Source: a virus (Duplodnaviria; Caudoviricetes). From it: a stretch of DNA of 25,235 nucleotides. Positions 16,764 through 24,558 of the stretch are shown here, piece by piece. The notes under the pieces are model-generated. The model searched no databases and was not told the DNA's origin. It was given only the letters and a program-made list of their open reading frames with translations. The position numbers were made by a program, and so were the translations under genes. The stretch is from positions 1 to 25,235 of the IMG/VR virus record IMGVR_UViG_3300032319_000377, one strand, 5' to 3'. Every line of letters starts with the position of its first letter. Within the stretch, counting starts at the first letter, position 1.

Positions 16764-16868
16764 TCAGTCATCCAACAGTACCACCAGTACCAACGCCGCC
16801 ACTCCCAACCCAATCAGTGGAGCGTACGGACGGACGGATACTGGGACGTTAGTCCTCGTCCGCAACAA
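16764..16868 (-). pseudogene. Orphan C-terminal membrane-anchor fragment (or 34-aa microprotein)
   Basis: Reads NVPVSVRPYAPLIGLGVAALVLVVLLDD-stop; only a TTG start without a clear RBS; absent from the ORF track. Confidence 0.6.
16834..16849. repeat. 16-bp direct repeat of part of the recombinase site
   Basis: acggatactgggacgt is identical to 15912-15927. Confidence 0.9.
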
Positions 16869-17433
16869 GTACCAGAACCGCCAGACCGATCAGCCACCAC
16901 GGAAACGCACGTGACGCCGTCAGGCTGGCCGGTAGCGACGCCATCAGGCTGTCAACCGCGGGTCTCAGTGCCGCCGGGACGTAGTCGATCCTCGCCTCCC
17001 CGTAATCCGGTGCGACGGGCGCGGGTGGCGCCACCTGTACCTGCACGCCCTCCAGCCACTCCCGCGGGTCAATCGTGCCCGCGCCGTGAACGTCAACGAC
17101 TGGTCGATCAGTGATGGCAAAGTGTAGATGCGGCCCGGTCGTCTGCCCCGTCAGTCCGACGCTGCCAATCACTTGACCTGCCGTCACCGGCCCGATCACG
17201 CGCGTGTCAGGGTCGCTGCCGTGCCCGTAATACGCGGTCCGCGACCCGTCGAGGCTGATCAGGTACAATGCGTTCCCGGCAGTGGCGGACGAATACGGTC
17301 GCGTCACGCCGTCGAATACGGCGATCCACGGGGTGCCGAGTGCCGTCGGTAAATCAACCGCCCTGGTGCCGTCCCAATGATCGGTCACTCGCTGCCGTTC
17401 AGGCAACGGAAACGCGCCCGCCGTTGTCGCCAC
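16849..17433 (-). CDS. M23 peptidase with C-terminal membrane anchor (putative virion-associated)
   Basis: H...AVDL, YYGH, AGQVIGSVGLTGQTTGPHLHF, IDP; C-terminal PWWLIGLAVLVLVADED. Confidence 0.9.
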   Translation of the reverse strand: MATTAGAFPLPERQRVTDHWDGTRAVDLPTALGTPWIAVFDGVTRPYSSATAGNALYLISLDGSRTAYYGHGSDPDTRVIGPVTAGQVIGSVGLTGQTTGPHLHFAITDRPVVDVHGAGTIDPREWLEGVQVQVAPPAPVAPDYGEARIDYVPAALRPAVDSLMASLPASLTASRAFPWWLIGLAVLVLVADED

Positions 17434-17434
17434 G

Positions 17435-17734
17435 CTATCCGTCCGGAAACAGGCGCATTGATAGCGCCTTGATTGTGTCGGCGAGTGTCTGCAACCGCAT
17501 CCGGTAACTGATCAGCTTCCGCTGATGCGTCACCGTCCCTGCGGGTGGTGCCGGTTTGGCGCGCTCGTACTGGTATCGACTGTTGAGGGTCTCGTAGGTC
17601 GCCTCCACCTTCCAGAGCTTATTCCGGATCGCGTCGTAATTCGGGCCACGCGTCGGATTGCGCCTCCGAGCGCTGCCAACGAAACTGCCCGCTGCTCCGT
17701 GTCGGTGCGCCCGAGTGCATCCCGGATAGTGCAA
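17435..17734 (-). CDS. His/Cys-leader RNP cargo protein (99 aa)
   Basis: TTG start with AGGA RBS; MHYPGCTRAHRHGAAGSFVGSARRRNP. Confidence 0.75.
   Translation of the reverse strand: MHYPGCTRAHRHGAAGSFVGSARRRNPTRGPNYDAIRNKLWKVEATYETLNSRYQYERAKPAPPAGTVTHQRKLISYRMRLQTLADTIKALSMRLFPDG
17658..17733. repeat. 76-bp diverged repeat (His/Cys leader); partner at 18466-18541
   Basis: Colinear at offset 808; shares ctgccaacgaaactgcccgc. Confidence 0.9.
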
Positions 17735-17754
17735 AGTAGTTGTCCTTTGTTCTG

Positions 17755-18132
17755 CTAACTGGTACGGACGAACGTGCGGAAAAAGCCACGCCGCTTTTTG
17801 TGCGCATCCCGTCCAGCTCGTGTGCTTTCACCCAAATTGTCAATGTCTGCGCCGGTAGAAAAACCCAACTTGCGCTGAACGGAGGCCAGTTTGGCTTCCG
17901 CTCGCTTGATTGCTGATTGTTTGCTGCTCAGCCATTTGGTGGTTCCGGGCCAGTACGGTAGGCCTTGACGTAGTTCTGACAGCCGGTCGTACAACGCTTG
18001 CTTTTCCGCTAATAGTTCTGCGCGCGTTGGATTGCGGCGCAGCGTAGAGCGTTGTGGATTGCGTTCCTTGCGCCCTTTCAGATACCAATACGCGCCGCCC
18101 ACCGCCGCGAGTGCCAATAGTTTGTTATCCAT
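17755..18132 (-). CDS. TM-RNP leader cargo protein with two RNP motifs
   Basis: MDNKLLALAAVGGAYWYLKGRKERNPQRSTLRRNPT; basic helical cargo. Confidence 0.8.
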   Translation of the reverse strand: MDNKLLALAAVGGAYWYLKGRKERNPQRSTLRRNPTRAELLAEKQALYDRLSELRQGLPYWPGTTKWLSSKQSAIKRAEAKLASVQRKLGFSTGADIDNLGESTRAGRDAHKKRRGFFRTFVRTS

Positions 18133-18179
18133 CGTGATCGTCCTTTCAGCCGGTTAAAATTGTAGATTAATCTTGACCC

Positions 18180-18542
18180 TTACCGGGGTATAGACTGATT
18201 GGGATACTTGCCGTAGCGCTTGCGATAGGCTTCGTAAGCGGTAATGGTGGCCGTGCGTTTGTCAAAGTCAGCCTTTTGCAGCTGGTACCACCGGTCACGC
18301 CACCGCTCAGCTTCCGGCGATCCGGGGCCGTAATTCCGTTCGGCGCGTTCCCATTCAGCAAGTACCCTATCTTCTTTTAAGCGGTTCGCGCCTTCGCTCA
18401 ATCGCGCTTGCATTAGTGTCGGTGCGCGCTTGCTTACCGCGTAGGTTTTTCGCATCGGCTTCGGGTTGCGCCTCCGCCCACTGCCAACGAAACTGCCCGC
18501 CGCACCGTGTTTGTGTGCGCGTTTGCATCCTGGATAGTGCAC
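18180..18542 (-). CDS. His/Cys-leader RNP cargo protein (120 aa)
   Basis: AGGAG RBS, GTG start; MHYPGCKRAHKHGAAGSFVGSGRRRNP. Confidence 0.8.
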   Translation of the reverse strand: MHYPGCKRAHKHGAAGSFVGSGRRRNPKPMRKTYAVSKRAPTLMQARLSEGANRLKEDRVLAEWERAERNYGPGSPEAERWRDRWYQLQKADFDKRTATITAYEAYRKRYGKYPNQSIPR

Positions 18543-18563
18543 TGCATTACTCCTTTTCGTGTG

Positions 18564-18917
18564 TCAGGCTAACCGGTTAGCCACTTTGTTTGATTCTATC
18601 GCCCGTCGCGCCCACGCAAGCGCCCGCATCGACTGTGGCCGGGTTCCACCGCCCCACAACGCGTGCGCCACGACGCCCGGGCTTGGGTACCCATCCGCGC
18701 CGGGTTTCGCCCGTGGTGCGTCGAGGTCCACCAGGTGCCTAGCAAACCACGCGACCATCCGCGTTGCCTTGTCGATCGTCATGCGACCCTGCGCCATTGC
18801 GCGCGCCTCATTGATCGTCTGCGCTCGCAGACCGGGTCCGCCCCGACCCTGTGCGACCCACGCAACGCCACGTGACGCGTTGTAACGCAACCACGCAGGC
18901 ACGGCCTCGACGTACAT
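18564..18917 (-). CDS. Conserved small phage domain protein (RMxxWFARH...YPSPG...LWGG)
   Basis: Motif recalled from head-morphogenesis regions of tailed phages; function unknown. Confidence 0.75.
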   Translation of the reverse strand: MYVEAVPAWLRYNASRGVAWVAQGRGGPGLRAQTINEARAMAQGRMTIDKATRMVAWFARHLVDLDAPRAKPGADGYPSPGVVAHALWGGGTRPQSMRALAWARRAIESNKVANRLA

Positions 18918-18919
18918 CG

Positions 18920-19138
18920 CTACTTACCCTTGCCGAGTCCGCGCAACGTCAACGCGAGACGCGCCCGTTTCGCCACCAGTCCACACGCACGCGCCGCAAT
19001 CCGCAGCATTGCCGCCGGTATCGTCTCGCCCGTGGGAATGCCGAGCTGCCGGTGCAGGCTGCCGGGTTTGTGTTTTGCGAGTGCGCCCGCGATCCACTTG
19101 CGGGGTTCGGGGTTCCGTCGTTTCTGTGCGGGCCTCAC
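18920..19138 (-). CDS. Small basic RNP protein (KWI...KPGSLHRQLGIP...IP...RARLAxTL)
   Basis: GTGA coupling; KRRNP precedes a recognisable small basic phage domain. Confidence 0.8.
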   Translation of the reverse strand: MRPAQKRRNPEPRKWIAGALAKHKPGSLHRQLGIPTGETIPAAMLRIAARACGLVAKRARLALTLRGLGKGK

Positions 19139-20169
19139 GCCGTCACCTTGCGCTTTCGGGTCTTGCGTTCCGCGGTCAGTTCGGCCGCAAGTTTCGCCGC
19201 CTTGGCGTCCAGTTGCGCCCGCCGTCGGCTGAGCTGGCGTAGTACGCGCTCCTCTTCCCTTGCACCACCCTCGGCGGCCTTGCGAACCGTTTCGTGATGG
19301 TCAATCACGGACAGGTAGTACGACGCCTCCTCCTGCCTCGACGCGTCAGTGTCGCGCACGCGTCGCCACCGGGTGCGTTGAGCGTCGAGGTACTGGCGAA
19401 ACGCCTTGCCCCACGCCCCGGTGTGCAGTCCGACCGGGACGCCGGTACGTGTGTCATACGTGATGTAGCGACGCTTCCGGCGGGTCTTGTCTGCCGTGAA
19501 AATGGGAAACCCATCGGCATCCTCGCCGAGGTACTCGCCTCGCTCGGTCACGTCCTGATCAATCCACTTCCGACGGTCGGCGGGCAAGAACGCTGCTACC
19601 TTCTGCCGGTCTCCCCCGAGTTCCTTGACCGTAAATTCGAGGTTGTCGAGGTACGTTCTGCGTGCGTCCGCCCCAAGCGCGCGGGCTTTGGACCGTATCT
19701 CGCGTTCCTGGGTCCGCAGTGCGTTAGCCTCAGTGCGCGTCGATGCAACCTCTGCCGCATACGTGCGGGTCCGCGCGTCCTGGTACCGGTCTCCCAACCG
19801 TTGCCGCAGGGGAATTCGCACGACCGTACCGTCTTCCCTCTTGCGACTGAAAAAATCACCCTTTGCCCACTTGACGCGCGGGACGGCGACGGGCTGGTAC
19901 TCGTCGCGTTCCCGCACTTCACGCGCTGCGGCCTCGGCCGCCTCGCGCGCCTCTCGACGCTTGGCGGCGTTGATTGATCGTGTGTATCCGGCCATATTGG
20001 CGAGTCGGCGCATCGCCGCGCTGCTCTTGCCATCAATACCGCCAATGATGGGTGCGTCTGGGTCGTAAGGGTTGCGTGCGGGTCGTGACAACCAGTACCA
20101 CGCCGCGCCGAGTATTCCGAGGGTCGCCAACGGGTTCACGACGTAAGTACCTTTTATCTGCGCGTTCAT
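19135..20169 (-). CDS. TM-RNP leader cargo protein (Arg-rich, helical)
   Basis: NPLATLGILGAAWYWLSRPARNPYDP; start at ATG 20169 or GTG 20139. Confidence 0.8.
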   Translation of the reverse strand: MNAQIKGTYVVNPLATLGILGAAWYWLSRPARNPYDPDAPIIGGIDGKSSAAMRRLANMAGYTRSINAAKRREAREAAEAAAREVRERDEYQPVAVPRVKWAKGDFFSRKREDGTVVRIPLRQRLGDRYQDARTRTYAAEVASTRTEANALRTQEREIRSKARALGADARRTYLDNLEFTVKELGGDRQKVAAFLPADRRKWIDQDVTERGEYLGEDADGFPIFTADKTRRKRRYITYDTRTGVPVGLHTGAWGKAFRQYLDAQRTRWRRVRDTDASRQEEASYYLSVIDHHETVRKAAEGGAREEERVLRQLSRRRAQLDAKAAKLAAELTAERKTRKRKVTA

Positions 20170-21356
20170 CCGAGGTAGCTTTCGGGCGCCATTTGTTTCA
20201 GGCGCGCCAGTACCGCCTTGGCAATGTCTACCTGTGCCACGGCTTTACGATGCTGGGCAGCGGGCCACTTATCCTTACTTAGCAGATAGTCGATGGTTTC
20301 GGTCACCCGTTCTTCCGCCCGGCGTACCGCACTCTCCCAACGCATCGCGTTTTGCATTTCGCGCTGAAACTTGCGGCTTGCCTCATCGCGTTTGTGCTTT
20401 TCCCACTCCTCATGCTGCCGCCGATTGCGTTCTTCGAGCTTGGCAATCTCCGCCAGTCCCTCCTTGTCATCAGGCAACACAAACCGCCCTGGTTCGAGTT
20501 CGCGCACGCCGTTAGCTGCGGCTTCTTCCTGGGCAGCGGTGTACCGGTCGCGCGCCTCGTCAAGCGTGCGCTGCAAACCGCGTGAGTCGAACCGCGCCAA
20601 TTCGGGGCTGTATTTGTCGTAGGCTTCGGCCACCGCGACCAGTTTGGCGTTCGTCGCGTCCCATGCTCGTAGCTGTTTGAGCTTTTTCTTGGCGACCGCA
20701 ACAGCTATGGAGACCTTGGCCTTGTCAGGATCGCCGGGCAAGATTATCCGGTTGAGCTGGTCAGGCAATCTTCGCAGCATCTCGATGAAGGGCGCTGCGT
20801 CGCGGGCCCGCGTATATGGAGTAGGTATCCGCGTTGGCGTGGACAGGTAGGCCGTGTCCCGCAACGAGGCGCCTAATGCCTGGACGGTGGGCGAAGTCAT
20901 GTAATGGAGGGAATCCCATAGCGCGTATAGCCCATCCTGAAAATCTTTGTCTTGATTGCTTTGTTCCGCCCTCAGGCGTGCCTGCTCCTCGCCTAACTTG
21001 TCACGTTCTCGCTCAAGCGCAGAGTAGGCTTCCCACTGCTGCCTGTTTGAGTCCTCGACCTCGCGTAAATCGTTGCGTGCGTTGATCACACGGTCAATGT
21101 ACGTCTGGTAGTTCACTTGCGCAGTAACCGGCAAACGCGCGGGCCGTGCGGGTCTGGGCGCTGTCGCCACTACAGAACGTGGCGTCCGTGCCTTTGTCTC
21201 CGGTTCATCGAGCAACGACGGCTGGTACCACTTCGAATTACGAATCGGATGAAACTTCCCTGACTTGTCGCGGTAGCCCGCACCGGTCGGGTTGCGATTT
21301 ACTCGGGACAACCACCACAACGCACCGCCAACAACGGCCAGACCTATCGGGTTCAT
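20166..21356 (-). CDS. TM-RNP leader cargo protein B (long coiled coil)
   Basis: MNPIGLAVVGGALWWLSRVNRNPTG...; charged heptad-rich body. Confidence 0.82.
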   Translation of the reverse strand: MNPIGLAVVGGALWWLSRVNRNPTGAGYRDKSGKFHPIRNSKWYQPSLLDEPETKARTPRSVVATAPRPARPARLPVTAQVNYQTYIDRVINARNDLREVEDSNRQQWEAYSALERERDKLGEEQARLRAEQSNQDKDFQDGLYALWDSLHYMTSPTVQALGASLRDTAYLSTPTRIPTPYTRARDAAPFIEMLRRLPDQLNRIILPGDPDKAKVSIAVAVAKKKLKQLRAWDATNAKLVAVAEAYDKYSPELARFDSRGLQRTLDEARDRYTAAQEEAAANGVRELEPGRFVLPDDKEGLAEIAKLEERNRRQHEEWEKHKRDEASRKFQREMQNAMRWESAVRRAEERVTETIDYLLSKDKWPAAQHRKAVAQVDIAKAVLARLKQMAPESYLG

Positions 21357-21360
21357 GGCA

Positions 21361-21993
21361 TCAGTACCTTAAGTACTTTGGTCTGAAAGCCGTATCTAAG
21401 TGTTCGCGCACGCGCCACGTGTCGTCTTCTCCGGTTATTTTGAAGCGTTTCATTCCGGCGGCGATGATGCTTTTACGTTTGGCTTCCACCTGCGCGACAG
21501 TCCACTTCGGCACATCGCTCATTTTCTTGCCGCTAGCGCCCATTCGTTCTAAAGCGGTTGGCTTGCGCTTGTACGTTCCGGGGTCTGGCAATTCGGCCAT
21601 ATCATCCTTGATTGCCGCTTCTACCTTCGCGGCTAGTTCGCGCCACCGCGCGTAATCTTCCCAGCTCGGCGGGTTGTCGAATAGCCCGGGCAACCCGCGC
21701 TGGGTCGTTTGGCGTGGGGCTACGTCGAATAGCGTTGCTTGTGTGCCAGCGTCGATCCGCAATTGCATGAGGTCATCTAGGGCGCGTCGGTATTTGGCCT
21801 TTGCTTGTTGGCTTGTGGAGGCTCCGCGAGCCGCATCGGCCAGCTCGCGCACCTTCTCCTCAGCTTTGTCGATCGCGCCTGCGCGAACCACACTGGGGCG
21901 CCTACCTCGTGTTGGATTACGATGCATGTTCGGTCGCGACAGGTACCACAACGCACCGCCAAACGCGATCAATCCAAGGACAGACCGATCCAT
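21361..21993 (-). CDS. TM-RNP leader cargo protein (210 aa)
   Basis: ATG at 21993 in a TGATG overlap; MDRSVLGLIAFGGALWYLSRPNMHRNPT; internal DNPP. Confidence 0.8.
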   Translation of the reverse strand: MDRSVLGLIAFGGALWYLSRPNMHRNPTRGRRPSVVRAGAIDKAEEKVRELADAARGASTSQQAKAKYRRALDDLMQLRIDAGTQATLFDVAPRQTTQRGLPGLFDNPPSWEDYARWRELAAKVEAAIKDDMAELPDPGTYKRKPTALERMGASGKKMSDVPKWTVAQVEAKRKSIIAAGMKRFKITGEDDTWRVREHLDTAFRPKYLRY

Positions 21994-22478
21994 CAGAAAA
22001 GCTCCTGCCGCATACTGCTTGTGAACTGAAGGGACGTCCCGAGACTGACCGCGTCTGGTGCGTTCAACCGTGCCGCCGGTTCGAGGAGCGTCGGCACACT
22101 CTGGTACGGACGCGTCAGACCAATGCCGGCCGCATCCGTCACCAACGACGGGCCGCCTAGGAGCGCCTCGACGGCATCCTTCCGGTACTCCCGCGGCATA
22201 TGCCCTTCGTAGACGTTGACCAGTACCGCCATCGTGCCAACACTTGCCGCGAGCGGCACCCAGGATCGTGCAATCCACGAGATCACGCCTGCGGACAACA
22301 GCGCGATAGCCGCTGCCGGACGGTACGACGCGCGGTGCCGTTCACACTCGGCGGGACTGGTCGCCTCCGCGCGGATTTGCGCGAGGTTCGATCCCATGTT
22401 TCCGTAGACGTTGGCAGTCTCGCTGACTGCCAGCAGGGTCCACGCGGCTAACTCGGTATTACCAATCGGCGGCTGCAT
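21993..22478 (-). CDS. Membrane protein coupled to the packaging ATPase
   Basis: TGATG overlaps; hydrophobic hairpin AAAIALLSAGVISWIA / WVPLAASVGTMAVLV. Confidence 0.75.
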   Translation of the reverse strand: MQPPIGNTELAAWTLLAVSETANVYGNMGSNLAQIRAEATSPAECERHRASYRPAAAIALLSAGVISWIARSWVPLAASVGTMAVLVNVYEGHMPREYRKDAVEALLGGPSLVTDAAGIGLTRPYQSVPTLLEPAARLNAPDAVSLGTSLQFTSSMRQELF

Positions 22479-23470
22479 CAGCGGTGTCCCTTGTTGTAAC
22501 TCAGGCGGTCAGACCAGAAACTCGGCAGCTGGAAATGCACCGGCCCCCGGTACTCGCTGCTGATCACCCACGCGTGCCGTTTGCGTTCGCTCTCCGAGAT
22601 TGCCTGCCAGAACGGTTCGGCCTCGGTTATGAACGGTGCAAGTTCCTGTCGCTCAATTGCCTGCCACATCATGGGTGGAGGCTTGAGGAAAATCGCGTCC
22701 GCGTCGAGCGAGTACTTCGTGACGGCCGCCGCATATTGCACGTTCACGACGCAGTTGATATTCAGATGCCGAATGATCTGCACCAAGTGCTTAAACGCCT
22801 TAACAGCGCCCCCGCCACTGGAGGCACTGTCAAGCACGATCCCGGCGTCATCCACGATCAGGCTGGACCCGTGCGGGAGCGCCTCTTCCAGCCAATCGTG
22901 CGGCCGTGAGTCGAGTTCCTCGGGCGCGTCGTCATCCTCGACGGCGTCGGTATCCGCGTCAATCACGGTACGGCGCTTGACGCGTCGCACGCGCTGATCA
23001 ACCGGAACGCGAAGCTCGTGCCATCCCGGCGGGAGCTTGTCCTGACTGATGCCCCACGCGTAGGTGTCACGATCCCACAGCTCGCAGAGCCGTGCGGCCA
23101 GTGCCGTCTTTCCCGTCTTGCGCAGGCCAAGCACGAAGACCAGGCCGCCGTCAAGACCGCGGATATCCCGCACGACCTTACGTTCACCCGATCCGCTGTA
23201 CCACGGCGCACACACGGTACAGGCGGCACCCGCGGGAATCTCCGTGACCGACGCGCCCTGTGGTTGCGTCCAGCCGCGCGCATCGGCAAACTGCACCGCG
23301 CTCGTAAACAGCGACGCGCCCTCGGGTCCCAGCAGAATCGACGCCGCCTGTGGGCCGAGTTCGCGCACCAAGCGATCCGCCGCCGCCACGTTGCCAGTGG
23401 TGGCCGCGTGCGCCTGTGGTGCGTACCGGGCGGCGTTGATCAGCTTCTGGAGGTTCCCGAGGTTGAGCAT
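22478..23470 (-). CDS. Genome packaging ATPase (FtsK/HerA superfamily, A32-like)
   Basis: Walker A GLRKTGKT, Walker B LIVDD, and IRHLNINCVVNVQ (RH and sensor Q typical of DJR-virus ATPases). Confidence 0.88.
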   Translation of the reverse strand: MLNLGNLQKLINAARYAPQAHAATTGNVAAADRLVRELGPQAASILLGPEGASLFTSAVQFADARGWTQPQGASVTEIPAGAACTVCAPWYSGSGERKVVRDIRGLDGGLVFVLGLRKTGKTALAARLCELWDRDTYAWGISQDKLPPGWHELRVPVDQRVRRVKRRTVIDADTDAVEDDDAPEELDSRPHDWLEEALPHGSSLIVDDAGIVLDSASSGGGAVKAFKHLVQIIRHLNINCVVNVQYAAAVTKYSLDADAIFLKPPPMMWQAIERQELAPFITEAEPFWQAISESERKRHAWVISSEYRGPVHFQLPSFWSDRLSYNKGHR

Positions 23471-23482
23471 CGGTACCGTACC

Positions 23483-23746
23483 TTAGGCCTTTGCCATGTT
23501 TGGACGCATGAGCAGGTAGTACGCGAGCGCCGCTGCGCCCACATACATAAGCGTCTTGCTACCAGACTTTTTGCCGTACATCGGCATCTCCGGGTTGCGT
23601 CGCGTGCGTCGTTTCATTGCCATCGGCGCCGTCTCTCCTCGCCACATCTTGCCTGCCGCCTTCAGGGCGCGGGCGTGATCCGCTGCCGACGCGTTTGCCG
23701 GCAGACTGCGCAGGACGTTTGTGCTAAACGTTTTCCACGTCTCCAC
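23483..23746 (-). CDS. Small basic protein with RRNP and C-terminal TM
   Basis: AGGAG plus GTG at 23746; METWKTF...KAAGKMWR, then RRTRRNP, then LMYVGAAALAYYLLM. Confidence 0.75.
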   Translation of the reverse strand: METWKTFSTNVLRSLPANASAADHARALKAAGKMWRGETAPMAMKRRTRRNPEMPMYGKKSGSKTLMYVGAAALAYYLLMRPNMAKA

Positions 23747-23763
23747 GGTAAGTACTCCTGACC

Positions 23764-24240
23764 TCACGCTACCGGCGCAGTGTCGGTCGCTGCCGACGCT
23801 GAGCCGCCAAACCATCTGCGCGCCTGCGCGACCGCGGCTGCAATGCTGTCTGCGGTGCCGACGAGTGTGCCCTCATTTATTGTCACGACCTGCTTTGACG
23901 CGCTGTTCCACGCAAACCCGGGCGCGCCTTGTGGCCCCAGGTCAATCACCGCGTTCGTTCCCGTTGCTCCGGTCGACGGTGGCGGAGCAGGTGCGCCCGT
24001 GGCGCCTGCGTTGAAAAATGCCTTTACGATCTGTACCGCCTCGTCAATTGTGGCGGCCGTGCCTATGTCGGTGTTTTCCTTGATGGTCCTCACCCGATGC
24101 GTCCAAGGATGCCACGAGAACCCGGCCGCACCTTTCGGGCCAAGGTCGACGGGCGGTTGGGTGGACTGGTAGTACCAGTACGCGCCACCACCGACCGCGC
24201 CGACAATCGCTAACCGTCCGAACAATGAAGAACGCGCCAT
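23764..24240 (-). CDS. N-anchored membrane protein with two 46-aa repeats
   Basis: ATG at 24240 (TAATG overlap); LAIVGAVGGGAYWYY; two DLG...GFxW...GTA repeats. Confidence 0.8.
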   Translation of the reverse strand: MARSSLFGRLAIVGAVGGGAYWYYQSTQPPVDLGPKGAAGFSWHPWTHRVRTIKENTDIGTAATIDEAVQIVKAFFNAGATGAPAPPPSTGATGTNAVIDLGPQGAPGFAWNSASKQVVTINEGTLVGTADSIAAAVAQARRWFGGSASAATDTAPVA

Positions 24241-24554
24241 TATCCCACCAATCCTCGGCCGTCCTGCCAACGCATTGGACCGGCCAACCGTGGCGGTTTT
24301 CCGGGTTCCGTGATCAGGTACTCGGGTCGTTTTTCCGGTGCAACACCGTCGCCCCGGTCGCCCGCCTCGTGACGCCACCGCGAGCCGTCCGCCCGCTCAT
24401 ATTCGACTGCGAGCAACCGGTGAACGTGTTCGCGCCCGTGCCGGTTTATCAGCGCCCCGACCGCGGCACGCGCCCCGTCACTGACCGGATTGCGACGCAG
24501 GACGCCGCTTAACCACGCCACGTCAGGATCAGTCGCGTGTGATCGTCTTCGCAT
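24240..24554 (-). CDS. RRNP protein with small beta-rich C-terminal domain
   Basis: LRRNPVS; VEYERADGSRWRHEAG...GRGLVG; operon tiling. Confidence 0.72.
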   Translation of the reverse strand: MRRRSHATDPDVAWLSGVLRRNPVSDGARAAVGALINRHGREHVHRLLAVEYERADGSRWRHEAGDRGDGVAPEKRPEYLITEPGKPPRLAGPMRWQDGRGLVG

Positions 24555-24558
24555 CGCC

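Noticed and set aside
15940-21993. CRISPR array or classical integron attC array
   Set aside because: The repeats are coding leaders with synonymous variation, the genes are mostly translationally coupled, and there are no regular spacers or attC hairpins.
22478-23470. Terminase large subunit or inovirus Zot ATPase
   Set aside because: No nuclease domain or Zot-type C-terminal TM; the RH...Q motif and DJR context fit an A32-like packaging ATPase.
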